In this document: piece by piece, positions 43,667-57,323 of the stretch
How the letters are laid out: every line of letters begins with the position of its first letter
How positions within the stretch are numbered: the first letter of the stretch is position 1
Assembly: GCF_009914755.1 (NCBI RefSeq)
Contig: NC_060929.1
Strand: one strand, 5' to 3'
Length of the DNA: 64,000 nt
From: the human T2T-CHM13v2.0 reference genome, Homo sapiens
Position numbers and translations under genes: made by a program
The notes under the pieces: model-generated
The model's database searches: none
What the model saw: only the letters and a program-made list of their open reading frames with translations
Told to the model about the DNA's origin: nothing

Positions 43667-44107
43667 GTAAGTTTCTGCTGAGAGAAGGAGGCATTATTGT
43701 TGCTCTAGAATCTAAATCTGGAGGAATTGATCTTGCTATCAGCTGAGTACAGAGAATTGGGGTGGGGAGTAATACTGGTATTAAGATGAATTTGCTTTCT
43801 CTTCTGAATCTTTGAGTATCATCACAGCAGTGGTACTGTAAGCAAGTGAGATGACCTCTCTGAGCCTCTTTCCATTCCTGCTCAACCCCTGCTACCCAGC
43901 TTTATAGATTGTGCCACAAATAAGGCAAAACAGCAAATGTGGAACAGCCATAAATAATATATGAATGCAGATAATATTGCTGTTTATTTTATTCATCAAG
44001 TACTTCAAAGCCATTTTTAGAAACACAGAACTGAAGAACGAGAATTTTGTTTTTCATTAAGACTTTACACTGTGTAGCCAGTGTTGGTTAGGATCAATTC
44101 AATATCA

Positions 44108-44403
<296 letters not shown>

Positions 44404-44439
44404 TCAATATCAACAGCTACATTCTGAAATGGTATTTAA

Positions 44440-44645
44440 ATAATCACTACAGAGTGTGTACCCTGTTCTAGGCACATTGCTGTTCTGCATGCAGTATCAT
44501 TATCTAATTTAGTTCACAGATTTGTCCACTGAGGTGGGGACTATTGTTGCCTCTATTTTATAGATTAAAGAATTGAGGCTTGGAGAAGTTTCATGTAAAA
44601 AGCTTCATACTTGTAGCAGGACAAAGATTTCAAGCCTTCTCTGTT
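44440..44645 (-). mobile_element. MIR remnant
   Basis: 'gaggtggggactattgttgcctctattttatagattaaagaattgaggcttggagaagtt'. Confidence 0.65.
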
Positions 44646-45507
44646 AACCATTATTTCCTACCTAAGCTTTTCCTTTCATTCCTTCTTTATTGCTGTAGCA
44701 GTGATTCCTACATACATACCTTGCCTTTGTTAACCACTGTTATTCCAAGTTGTGTGGGTTTCTTTTAGTGGTTTTATTTTTCGATTGGTTGGTTTCATTT
44801 ATTTAGTCTTTATTTTTGTTTTTTAGTGGAGTGGTAGAATTTGCTGGTTGAAAAGGATTATTAATGCATTTGCTCTGCCTTGGATTGATCCCCCTTCACC
44901 TGTGAGCAAGGCATAATGTGAAAGTTCCCCCAAAGCACTACTTGCATTGTGTGCATTGATTAGCATAATTATTGAAATTCAGCAACTTGGTGCAGTGGCT
45001 GATTTTATCTGAATGTTATACAAAATCTTGAATTGTATTAAACTGGTACCACTACTAAATTTCAAATAAGTTTACTTTCTTGTGTGCTTAGTAAAAGAGA
45101 GGGAACAAGGATGTTAAAACTATCAAAAATAGCAAATGAATTTAGCCATACAATGATTATTTATAAAATGTAACTGGAACCTATAGCATATTGTCTTGGG
45201 TACTTAAAGTACACAGAGTATTGTGAACATATTTACTGTCATTGAGAAACCTATACCCTAGAAGGAGTAATGAGGTGACCCTGTAACGTGGAGAGTCAGA
45301 TGATAATTCTGCCTTGGACAGAATAGAGACAGTTTAAAGCATTTAAAAAATATCTGTTATATGCATTGCTCTTAATTTATATCTTGTTTTCCCAACCTGG
45401 CAATTTGGTTAGTTGTCATTGACCTATTTCTAGTTGAACTTTAGACTAATAGTCTTACCTGTATTAAACTTGTTTAACTCACTAGTTTAGTTTAGTCATT
45501 TCCTTCT

Positions 45508-45668
45508 ATGGATGTTGGCATACCTTTTCTGTAAAGGGCCAGAAAGTAAATATTTTAGTTTTATTTTAAACTTTTTTTTTCTTTTTTACAGCTCTCAAAA
45601 CTTGAATAGCATTCTTAGTTTGGGAGTCATACAAAAATAGGCCACAGGCTGTCATTCACCAACCCTTC
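45508..45668 (+). mobile_element. MER58-like hAT MITE (internally deleted)
   Basis: 'gttggcataccttttctgtaaagggccagaaagtaaatattttag...cattcttagtttgggagtcatacaaaaataggccacaggc'. Confidence 0.65.
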
Positions 45669-46239
45669 TAATCTATATTAGGAATAATTCCATAAATATA
45701 TAAATGCTCTTATGAGACTGGAAGTGGTAAAAGGTAGATTTTAAGAACATAAGAAGAACAGTTGATATGTGTTGAGTAAAACATCCTGAAATAAGTTTCC
45801 TTGGTATAGAATTAGTCATGTCAGGATATTAGGAAATGTGTTTTAGAAGACTTGAAAACAGGGTACTGGGTGCATCTGTTGGGTCTGTATGCAGGAATTG
45901 GATGTCTAGCAAATGTGTTAGCAAGCCTCTCTGGAAATTGACAGACAGCTGATCCTAACTGAGAGATATACCTGCTTGTAAGCTTAAAAAGTAACAATAC
46001 TTACGTTTATATTTAATTACTTACTTTAATACTGAAATACATGAGCTATATGCAGTGCTTTCAAATCACTGTTTAAAGAAAATAAAAAGCCCTCAAATTC
46101 ACTATTTTCCATTGGTTTTAATAACTTTTTTTCAAAAATAGTAAAGTTTTATAGCCTTACATGTTTCTAACAACAAAAGAAGTATCTTCTAACTGAAGGA
46201 GAAAATACACAGATATGCATACATAATAAAATCCGTAAG

Positions 46240-46810
46240 TCATGTGAGCTCTACCTGAAACCTGTGCCCAAATTCGTTCACTCTTCTGCATCACACACCA
46301 CACCTTAGGTCAAGCCACTGTCTGTTCTCACCTGCACCATTGCAACAGTCTCTTCGCTGTCTGCTGCCTTACCCTTTTAGCTTCATTATACAAATTGTAG
46401 CCAAAGTAGTCTTCAAAATGTCAAATCGCTCCACCTCTTCACAAAGGATTTCCCATTGGTTTCCTGTTGCATCTGGAATACAATCTAAAGTCCTCACTAA
46501 GTCCTGTAAAATGCATTATTAGGTGTTTTCATTGAGGGCTCCTTCTGTTCATCTTTGTATCAGCTCAGATGTCACCTGTTTAGAAAGACCTCCTTCACCC
46601 AATCAGTCCATTTAGCATAATAGTCGTATATAAACAGCACATTGGTTTTTATTCCTTATAACTGTCATTCTTTCACATTCTTATCATGTTTATATGTTTG
46701 GAAGAGCAGCAGATTGTCTGGATTTTCCCCACTGTATTCCTCAGACCTCTTGCTGTACCTAGCACATAGTACATGATCAGTAGATGTTTGAGAAACTGAA
46801 CCAGCGAATC
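46240..46810 (+). mobile_element. L2 3' remnant
   Basis: 'ggtcaagccactgtctgttctcacctg...cagctcagatgtcacc...cactgtattcctcagac...tacctagcacatagtac'. Confidence 0.7.
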
Positions 46811-46877
46811 ACTGAAAATGAAAGTGTCTCTTAAGTCTATTCTGCAGAGGCAAGCACTGTTAAGAATTTACTGTTTT

Positions 46878-47176
<299 letters not shown>

Positions 47177-47256
47177 GGAACAATTGACTGTTTTATCAAA
47201 CATTTTCCATGCATATGTATTTTTCAACAAAACCATACCTTGAATACTATTCTGTA

Positions 47257-47548
47257 CTGATGCAATGATGGTCTCATAAGATTATAACACCATATGTATT
47301 TTTACTGTACTTTTTCTATGTTTAGATAGATACTTCCCGCTGTTCCAGTTGCCTACAATATTCAGTGCAGGAACATGCCATAAAGGTTTGTAGCCTAGGA
47401 GGAATAGGCCATGCCATACAGCCTGGGTGTGTAGTAGAGTACACCATCTAGGTTGGTGTAAGGACACTCTATGATGTTCATGCAATGGCAAAATCACCTA
47501 ATGACATGTTTCTCATAATGTATCCTCATGAAGTAATGCATGCCTATA
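47257..47548 (+). mobile_element. Tigger3a/MER7-type MITE
   Basis: 'gatggtctcataagattataa...ttgtagcctaggaggaatagg...cactctatgatgttc...aaatcacctaatgac'. Confidence 0.8.
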
Positions 47549-49649
47549 TTGTTTATTTTGTATATCTTATATTTAAAATTTTAATAGCTTTCCTGAAGTA
47601 CACTTCTGATAAGTTACAATCTGATAAGTTCTAAAATATGTCTGTTCACATGAAACCACCACAATCGAGATAACGAATGTATCCGTCACCCCTGATAATT
47701 TCTCCTTGCTCCATTTTAATCCCCCCATCCTGCTGCATCCTTCCTACTTCCACACCCATGTGCATTTCCTAGAACTTTATATAAATGGAATCATATAGTA
47801 AGAGTATCTGAATAATGTTAATAATAAGTTGTCAGTTTATAAAGACCTTTTTTAAAACCATCTATTTAATGTCTAACTTAAGAGTACGATTTTTTTTTTT
47901 TCCTGCAATGGGGCTATGTCTTGATTTTCTGGGGAGAGATATTAGAAGTGGTCCAGTTCATAAACATTTAATATTTCCCTTCTGGATAACATCAAAGCAC
48001 AGAGAACAGAATAGAGAATAACATATTAGGCATAGCATTAAAGGAAGAATTAGTCTTTCTTTGATATGTCCACAAAAATTGAAATCAAGTATATTGGCAT
48101 GAAAAGGTGAAAGAAAAAGATTTCTAAGATGATGATTTAGTCCACAGGGCTTGCCTCTCTTTAAGCACAGAGGTTATTGCCAGCTGAAAGAAACTGGGGT
48201 TCTGGTATTAAGGAAGGTGGGAGGGATGAGTGGTTGGCAGGCAACCAATAGGATCTGCCATTTTTACTGAGTCATAACCTCACATGATGCTCATGAACCT
48301 CACATGTAGTTTTTAGCACCTTTCCATTCACCACTTTGTTATCTTCAGCTTACTGGTCGTTTTCTGATGTATCTGACTGTTGTCTGTAGACTACCTCTGG
48401 GGGCCTCTCATCTGCATGATTATCTGCAGTGTCATTTTTATGTGGATCATAGCTGCTTCCATTTTATGGGGTATCACCTTCTGCTTTTCCTATTGAAAAG
48501 AGATCAGTGTCCAGTTGAGCAAGATTAGTCAACTACTCGAAGTGAGGACAACTAATGAAGCAACACTTGACTTCCTTGTGGTTTTGTGTTGCACTGATCT
48601 GAGAGGAGCTGACATTAGTTAAGCAATTCACACAGTGTTCAGCACTGTATCTGATTTCATTACTGAAGGTTGCAACCCTAGTAAAGTCACTACAAATTGA
48701 TTAGTGTGATAACAATCACTTAGGAAGATAAATTAATGAGAAATGTTCATCTTTATAAATATTTGCATCTGGGAGTTGAATGAAAGCCCCAGGACATTCT
48801 AGCTTTCAGCCACATGGATGTACAGCTTCTAAGTGGTAAAGTATCATGCTGTCCAGAAAAGAGATTGAGAAGGATACATGCTAAATTAAGCATTCAACCA
48901 TGACATCCAAAGGCAGAATGTCTTAGAAATACCACTTGAATGCATTAGCACAAAAGGTTGTAAAGTTAAGGGATTTAATGCTATACAACTCTATGTTTGA
49001 ATGCTATTTCAATGTGATTGGATATCTTTTTAATTGCTAAGTATAACTGCAAGTTTTTGGCAGGAACTACTAGTAGATAGAACGAATGAATGAGTACTAA
49101 GGAAACCTTTATTACTACTTTGTGAGTAAAGGTCTCCTTAGGATTCATTCATTCTTAGACAAAGTTGTACATCCCTACTTCTTCAAAGAGGCTTTTTACC
49201 TCACATCTTAGGATGCTAGGATTAGATTATGCTTTTGCATAACTTAATGTGAACTAGCAAAGGAAAGGAAAATAGCATTTATTAAGCACCTATTATTGTT
49301 CCACACCTACAGCAATAGGAAAGCCGTATCATGAATTTATCTTCATGTTCACCTCAAACTCCATTTGAGGGTGGGTATAGGGCTCCTAGCCCATTGCTGT
49401 ATTGAATTTAGAAGTTCGGAAGAGGAGAGGGTAGAAAGAAAACTTGAATGGATCAGAAAAATTAACTTACATTAGGAGAATAAAGTGGAAAATTATGCAA
49501 ATATTGAGAGTATTTATGTCTTTTAAAATATTTTATCCCGTAAAAAATCTTGGCTCTGCCTATCGTAAGATAGTCTCATGTATGAAAACCAGCATATAGA
49601 ATTATAAAGTCATATATAAATGAGGATTTTAGAAGTGGCTTATACCAAG

Positions 49650-49895
49650 AGGCAGTGTGACAACATGGATTTGAGCATGTGCTGCCTTGTTGGACTTGGG
49701 TGGCAACTAGTGCTACCATTTGTTCAGTGAGTAATCTTTGAACAATTGTTTAACCTTTCAAATGCTTGTTTTCTTACCTGCACAACTGAGATATTAACAC
49801 CTACATCATGTGTGGTCGTAAATAAGTAAGATAATGTTTTTTAACTGTTAATACAGAACTTGACATAAAGTGAGGTCCAGAAATGGTAGCCGCTA
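49650..49895 (+). mobile_element. MIR remnant
   Basis: 'gaggcagtgtgacaacatgg...ttgtttaacctttcaaatgcttgttttcttacctgcacaa'. Confidence 0.55.
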
Positions 49896-51677
49896 CCTTC
49901 ATCTCCTTCTGACAATGATGATAATGATGATGATTTTCACATCATCATATAGTCCAGATTTCATCCGATGTTTGGACTTCCTCTGAATCAAATGGTCTTG
50001 CAACCTCTGCTTGGATATCTTCTTAATGACAGACTTATTACTCTCAAAGAAAACCCGTTTTATATTCAGTAGCTTTTAGTTTAAAATTTTTCCTTTGCTG
50101 TGTTACCTTCTTCTAAAATTTGACTTTTCTCTCATTCTTCTTAAACATTTTTGCTGGGTCTAGCATTCTTGGCACAGTCTTTCTGAAAAAAAATAGCTTC
50201 ATGATATATTTCAAGTACTTTAAAAATGTTTATACACTCTGATTCAGTAATGACGTTTTCACTCATTTTATAACATAGCAAAAGCAAAACAAAATATTTA
50301 AAGATTAAAACACACATGGAGGGGTCAAGATGGTTGATTAGAAGCAGCTGTGGATGGCTGCTCCCACTGAGAAGAATGAAGACCGCATGTGAATCCTGCA
50401 CCTTCAGCTGAGGTATCCAGGTTCTCTCACTGGGACTGATGAGGTGTTGGTGTGACCCACAGAGAGTGAGGATAAGCAGGGTGGAGTGATGGCCCACCTG
50501 GGAGCAGCACAGGCAATGGGGAGTTCCCGCCCCCAGCCAAAGGAGCAGAGAGCGATTGTGCTACCCTGCCAAGGAAACCAAGATTTACCCACATATCTGT
50601 GCAACCCATGGATCAGAAGATACCCTTGTGAGCCCACGCCACCAGGGTCTTGGGACCCAAGAACAGAGCTGTGCAGACTCTCAGCAGCTGCTCGAGTCGT
50701 GGCCAGCAGCAGCATGCTGAAGACTGCCTGAGATGACCAAGTTTCCAGAGGGGAAGGGGAGCTGCCATCACTGTGCCCCAGCCGTTTTCCCCTGCTGGTG
50801 CCCTGGAGACTAGGTGGTTTGGATGGGAAAGAAGTCCCCACAGTGCAACACAGCAGCTGTAGCAGATTGTGGCCAGACTGCTTCTTTAGGTGGGACTGGG
50901 CTCCATCCCTCCTCACCAGGCAGGGCCTCCCTGTGGGAATTTCAGCAACTGCAGCCAGAGGTTTACAGACCGAACTCTAATCCACCTGGAATGGACCCCC
51001 AGGGGGAGAAGCAGCTATGGTCTCCAGGCTCAGTAGTTAGTCTTTCCTGCCTGCTGGCTCTGAGGAGGCCAGGCAGTCCAGACAAGGGGGATTCCCCTGA
51101 GCACAAAACACCCGCTCTGCCAAAGGGCAGCCAGAGTGCTTCATTAAGTAAGTGGCTGATCCCATGCCTCCTGACTAGGTGAGACCCCCCACACACACAC
51201 CCCCAATAGGGGTTGCCAGATATTTTATGCAAGAGCATTCCAGCCAGCATCAAGTCACTACCCTTCTGGGACAGAGCTCCCAGAGGAAGGAGCAGACAGC
51301 CGTCCTTGCTGTTCTGCAGACTCCACTGGTGACACCTCCAGGTGCAGGAAAAGACCCAGGAGTGGCCCCCCAGCAAACTGCAGCAGCTGTACAGAAGAGG
51401 GGCCTGACTGTTAAAAGTGAACAGAAAGCAACAACAACATCAACAAAAAAATACCCACAAAACCCTATCCAAAGGTCAGCAGCCTCAAATAACAAAGGTA
51501 GATAAGCTCACAAAGATGAGGAAGAATCAGTGTAAAAAGCTGAAAACTCAAAAGGCCAGAGTGCCTCATCTCCTCCAAATGATTGCAGCACCTTTCTAGC
51601 AAGGACATAGAACTGGGCTGAGGCTGAGATGAATGAACTGACTGACATAAGTAGGCTTCAGAAGGTGGGTAATAATG

Positions 51678-51984
51678 GGCTGGACGAGGTGGCTCAGGCC
51701 TATAATCCCAGCAATTTAGGAGGCCGAGGCACATGGATCACCTGAGGTCAGGAGTTCGAGACCATCCTGGCCAACGTGATGAAACCCTGCCTCTACTAAA
51801 AGTACAAAAATTAGCCAGGCTTGGTGGCACATGTCAGTAGTCCCAGCTACTCAGGGAGGCTGAGGCAGGACAATTGCTTGAACCCGGAAGGTGGAGGTTG
51901 CAGTCAGCCGAGCTCACACCACTGTACTCTAGCCTGTGTGACAGAGTGAGGCTACATCTCAAAAAACAAAACAAAAAACAAAAC
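51678..51984 (+). mobile_element. Alu (AluS-type) in L1 ORF1
   Basis: Full dimer with TSD aggtgggtaataa on both sides. Confidence 0.93.
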
Positions 51985-54900
51985 AGGTGGGTAATAACGG
52001 ACTTCTTTGAGCTAAAGAAGCATGTTCTAACCCAGTGCAAGGAAGCTAAGAACCATGATAAAACATTACAGAAGCTGTTAACCAGAATAACCAGTTTAGA
52101 GAGGAACATAATTGACCTGATGGAGCTGAAAAACAACACAAGAACTTCACAATGCAGCCACAAGTATCAATAGTGAAATAGACTAAGTGGAGGAAAGAAT
52201 CTCAGAGCCTGAAGACTATCTTACTGAAATAAGACAGGTACACAAGATTAGAGAAAAAAGAATGAAATGGAATGAACAAAGCTGCCATGAACTATAGGAT
52301 TATGTAAAAAGAATGAACGTATGAATGATTGAGGTACCTGAAAGAGACAGGGAGAATGGAACCAAGTTGGAAAACGTACTTCAGAATATCATCCAGGAGA
52401 ACTTCCCCAACCTAGAAAGACAGGCCAACATTCAAATTCAGGAAATCCAGAGAACCCCAGTAAGATATTCCATGAGAAGATCAACCCCAAGACACACAAT
52501 CATCAGATTTTCCAAAGTCAAAATGAAGAAAAAAAATGTTTAGGGCAACCTGAAAGAAAGGTTCAGGCCACCTAGCAAAAGAAGCCCATCAGACTAACAG
52601 CAGACCCCCCTCAGCAGAAACCCTACAAGCTAGAAGAGATTGTGGGCCAATTTTCAACAACTTAAAAAAATTTCCAACCCTGAATTTTATATCTAGCCAA
52701 ACTAAACTTCCTAAGTGAAGGAGAAATAAAATCATTTTCAGACAAGCAGATGCTGAGGGAATTTGTTACCACTAGGCCTGCCTTGCAAGTGCTCCTGAAG
52801 GAAGCACTAACTGTGGAAGGGAAAAACTGTTACCAGCCACTAAAAAAACACATTGAAGTACAAAGACCAATGGCATTATGAAGCAACTACACCAACAAGT
52901 CTGCAAAATAACCAGTTAGCATCATGATGACAGGATCAAATTCACACATAGCAATATTAACTCTAAATGTAAATGGGCTAATTGCCCCAATTAAAAGACA
53001 CAGAATAGCAAGCTGGATAGAGTCAAGACCCATCAGTGTACTGTATTCAAGAGACCCATCTCACGTGCAAAGACACACAAAGGCTAAAAATAAAGTAATG
53101 GAGGAAAATTTACCAAGCAAATGGAAAAACAGAAAAAAGCAGGAGTCACAATCCTAGTTTCCGACAAAACGGGCTTTAAACCAACAAAAATTTAAAAAGA
53201 TGAAGGGCATTACATAATGGTAAATGGTTCAATTCAACAAGAAAAGCTAACTATCCTAAATATATATGCACCCAAATACAGGAGCACCCAGATTCATAAA
53301 ACAAGTTCTTAGAGACCTACAAAGAGACTTAGACTCCCACACAATAATAGTGTGAGACTTTCACACCCACTGTCAATATTAGACGGATCATCAACACAGA
53401 AAATTAACAAAGATATTTAGGACTTGAACTCAGCTCTGGATCAAGTGGGCCTGATAGATATCTCCATAACTCTCCATCCACAAACAACAGAATATACATT
53501 CTTCTTGGCACCATATGGCACTTACTGTAAAAGTGACCTAAAATTGATAAAATTCCAATTGTGATTGGAAGTAAAACACTCCTCAGCAAATGCAAAATAA
53601 CTGAAATCATAACAGTCTCTCAGACCATAGCTCAATTACATTAGAACTCAAGATTAGGAAACTCACTTAAAAACCACACAACTGCATGGAAATTGAGCAA
53701 CCTGTTCCCAAGTGACTCCTGGATAAATAATGAAATTAAGTCAGAAATCAAATTCTTTGAAACTAATGAGAACAAAGGGACAATGTACCAGAATCTCTGG
53801 GATGCAGTTAAAGCAGTGTTAAGAGGGAAATTTATAGCACTAAGTGTCTGCATCAGAAAGCTAGAAAGATCTCAAATGAACATCCTAACATCACAACTAA
53901 AAGAACTAGAGAACCAAGAGCAAACAAACCCCTAAGCTAGCAGACAAGAAGTTACCAAAATCAGGGCAGAACTGAAGGAGTTGGAGACACAAAAAAAATT
54001 CAAAAAATCAACAAATCTAGGAGCTGGTTTTTTGAAAAAAAAATTAATAAAATAGCTTGCTAGACTAATAAGAGAAGAATCAGATAGACACAATAAAAAA
54101 TGATAAAGGGGATATTATCACTGATCCCACAGAAATAGAAACAGCCGTCAGAGAATACTATAAACACCTCTATGCATATAAACCAGAAAATCTAAAAGAA
54201 ATTGATAAATTCCTGGACACATACACCCTTCCCAGACTGAATGAGGAAAAAGTTGATTCCCTGAATAGACCATTCACGAGTTCTGAAATTGAGGCAGTAA
54301 AAGCCTACCAACAAAAAAACAAACAAACAAACAAACAAAAATAACAACAACAAAAAAGAAAAAGCCCAGGACTAGATTTACAGCAGAATTCTACCAGAGG
54401 TACAAAGAGAAGCTGGTACCATTTCTTTTCAAACTATTCCAAACAATTGAAAAGGAGGGATTCTTCCCTAACGCATTTTATGAAGCCAGCATAATTCTGA
54501 TACAAAAACCTAGGAGAGATACAACAAAAAAAGAAAACTTCAGGCCAATATTCCTGATGAATATTGCTGCAAAAATCCTCAGTAAAATACTGGCAAAACG
54601 AATTCAGCAGCACATCCAAAAGCTTATCCACTACAATCAAGTCTGTTTCATCTCTGGAAAGCAGGGCTGGTTCAACATATGCAAATCAAAAAATATAATT
54701 ACATAAGCAGAACTAAAGACAAAAACCACATGATTATCTCAATAGACTCAGAAAAGGCCTTCAATAAAATTCAACATTCCTTCCCGTTAAAAAACTCCCA
54801 ATAAATGAGGTATTGAAGAAACATTCCTCAAAATAACAGGTGCCATCTATAACACATCTTCAGCCAATATTATATTGAATGGGAAAAGCTGGAAGAATTT

Positions 54901-55698
54901 CCTTTTGAAAACTGGCAGAGGACAAGGATGCCCTCTCTCACCACTCCTATTCAACATAGTATTGGAAGTTCTGGCCAGGGCAGTCCACCAAGAGAAAGAA
55001 ATAAAGCATATTCAAATAGGAAGAGAGGAAGTCAAACTATCTTTGTTTGCAGATGATATGATCCTATATCTAGAAAACCCTGTCATCTCAGCTCAAAATC
55101 TTCTTAAGCTGATAAGCAACTTCAGGAAAGTCTCAAGATACAAAATCAATGTGCAAAAATCACGAGCATTCCTATACACCAACAACAGAAAAGTGGAGAG
55201 CCAAATCATGAATGAACTCCCATTTACAATTGCTACAAAGAGAATAAAATACCTAGGAATACAGCTAACAAGAAAATGGAAGGATCTCCTCAGGAGAGTT
55301 ACAAACTACTGCTTGAAGAAATCAGAGAGGACACAAACAAATGGAAAAACATTCCATGCTTATGAATAGGAAGAATCAATATTGTGAAAAGGTCCACACT
55401 GCCCAAAGTAATTTATAGACCAAGTGCTATTCCCATTAAACTACCTTTGATGTTACTCACAGAAGTAGAGAAAACTATTTTAGAAGTAGAGAAAACTATT
55501 TTAAAATTCATATGGAACCAAAAAAGAGCCCAAATTACCAAGACAATCCTAAGCAAAAAGAACAAAGCTGGAGGCATCGTGCGACCCAACTTCAAACTAT
55601 ACTACAAGGCTACACTCACCAAAACAGCATTGTACTGGTTCAAGAACAGACACATAGACCAATGGAACAGAATACAGAACTTAGAAATAAGACCACAC

Positions 55699-56004
55699 AG
55701 CCAGGCGCGGTGGCTCATGCCTGTAATCCCAGCACTTTGGGAGGACAAGGAGGGTGGATCACGAGGTCAGGAGATAGAGATGGTCCTGGCTAACACAGTG
55801 AAACCCCATCTCTACTAAAAATACAAAAAAATAGCTGGGTGTGCTGGTGGGTGCCTGTAGTCCCAGCTATTCAGGAGGCTGAGGCAGGAGAATGGCATGA
55901 ACCTGGGAGGTGGATATTGCAGTGAGTCGAGATTGTGCCACTGCACACCAGCCTGAGTGACAGAGCGAGACTCCGTCTCAAAAAAAAAAAAAAAAAAAAA
56001 AAAA
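55699..56004 (+). mobile_element. AluY-like element in L1 ORF2
   Basis: 'ggatcacgaggtcaggagatagagatggtcctggctaacacagtg' and 'gaatggcatgaacc', with TSD aagaccacaca. Confidence 0.92.
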
Positions 56005-56947
56005 GACCACACATCTACAACCATCTGATCTTCAACAAACCTGACAAAAACAAGCAATGGGGAAAGTATTCCCTATTTAATAAAACGGGAGCTGACAGAA
56101 CTGGCTAGCCATATGCAGAAAATTGAAATTGGACCCCTTCCTTACACCATATACAAAAATCAACTTAAGGTGGATTAAAGACTTAAATGTAAAACCCCAA
56201 ACCACAAAAACTCTAGAAGAAAATCTAGGTAATACCATTCAGGACGTAGGCATGGGCACAGATTTTGTAATGAAAATGCCAAAAGCAATTGCAACAAGAG
56301 CAAAAAATTGACCAATGGGACCTAATTAAACTAAAGAGCTTCTGCACAGCCAAAGAAACTATCATCAGAGCAAACAGACAACCTACAGAATGGGAGAAAA
56401 TTTTTGCAATCTATCCATCTGAGAAAGGTCTAATATTCAGAGTCTACAAGAAACTTAAACAAATTTACAAGAAATAAAACACATTATAAAGTGGGCAAAG
56501 GACACGAACAGACAGTTCTCAAAAGAAGGATGCATGTCGCCAACAAATGTATAAAAAAAGCTCAGTATCACTGATCATTAGAGAAATCCAAATCAAATCC
56601 ACAATGAGATACCACCTCACGGCAGTCAAAATGGCTATTACTGAAAGTCAAGAAACAACAGATGCTAGTGAGGCTGTGGGGAAATAGGAATGCTTTTACA
56701 CTGTTGGTGGGAATATAAATTAGTTTAACCATTGTGAAAGACAGTGTGGTGATTCCTCAAAGACCTGGAACTAAAAATACCATTTGTCCCAGCAATCCCA
56801 TTACTGGGTATATACCCAAAGGAATATAGATCATTCCATTATAAAGATACATACATGTGTATGTTCACTGCAGCACTATTTACAATAGCAAAGACATGGA
56901 ATCAACCCAAATGCCCATCAGTGGTAGACTGGATAAAGAAAATGTGG

Positions 56948-57323
56948 CACATATACGCTATGGAATACTATGCAGCCATAAAAAAGGATGAGTTCATGTC
57001 CTTCGAAGGGACATAGATGAAGCTGGAAACCATCATTCTCAGCAAACTATCACAAGGACAGAAAACCAAACACCGCATGTTCTCACTTGTGTGGGAATTG
57101 AACAATGAGAACACCTGGACACAGGGCAGGGAACATCACACACCAGGGCCTGTCAGGGGGTGGGGGGCTGAGGGAGGGATAGCATCAGGAGAAATACCTA
57201 AAGTCAGTGATGAGTTGATGGGTGCAGCAAATCAACATGGCACATGTATACCTATGTATCAAACCTGCACGTTGTGCACATGTACCCTAGAACTTAAAGT
57301 ATAATAATAAAAAAGATACTAAA
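56948..57323 (+). mobile_element. Younger L1PA (about PA5-7) 3' end inserted within the older L1
   Basis: Young-type 'atgtggcacatatac', 'acaaggacagaaaacc' and 'cacatgtaccctagaacttaaagtataat' plus an A-rich tail, flanked by aaagaaaatgtgg at 56935-56947 and 57324-57336. Confidence 0.85.

Noticed and set aside
50141-51505. 170-aa and neighbouring ORFs as L1 ORF0 or a new gene
   Set aside because: They lie in the stop-poor 5'UTR of an old L1PA. I could not recognise ORF0 sequence, and several use non-ATG starts.
52924-57304. Reverse transcriptase/endonuclease ORFs as an active element or domesticated gene
   Set aside because: They are fragments of one L1 ORF2, broken by stops, frameshifts and an Alu insertion.
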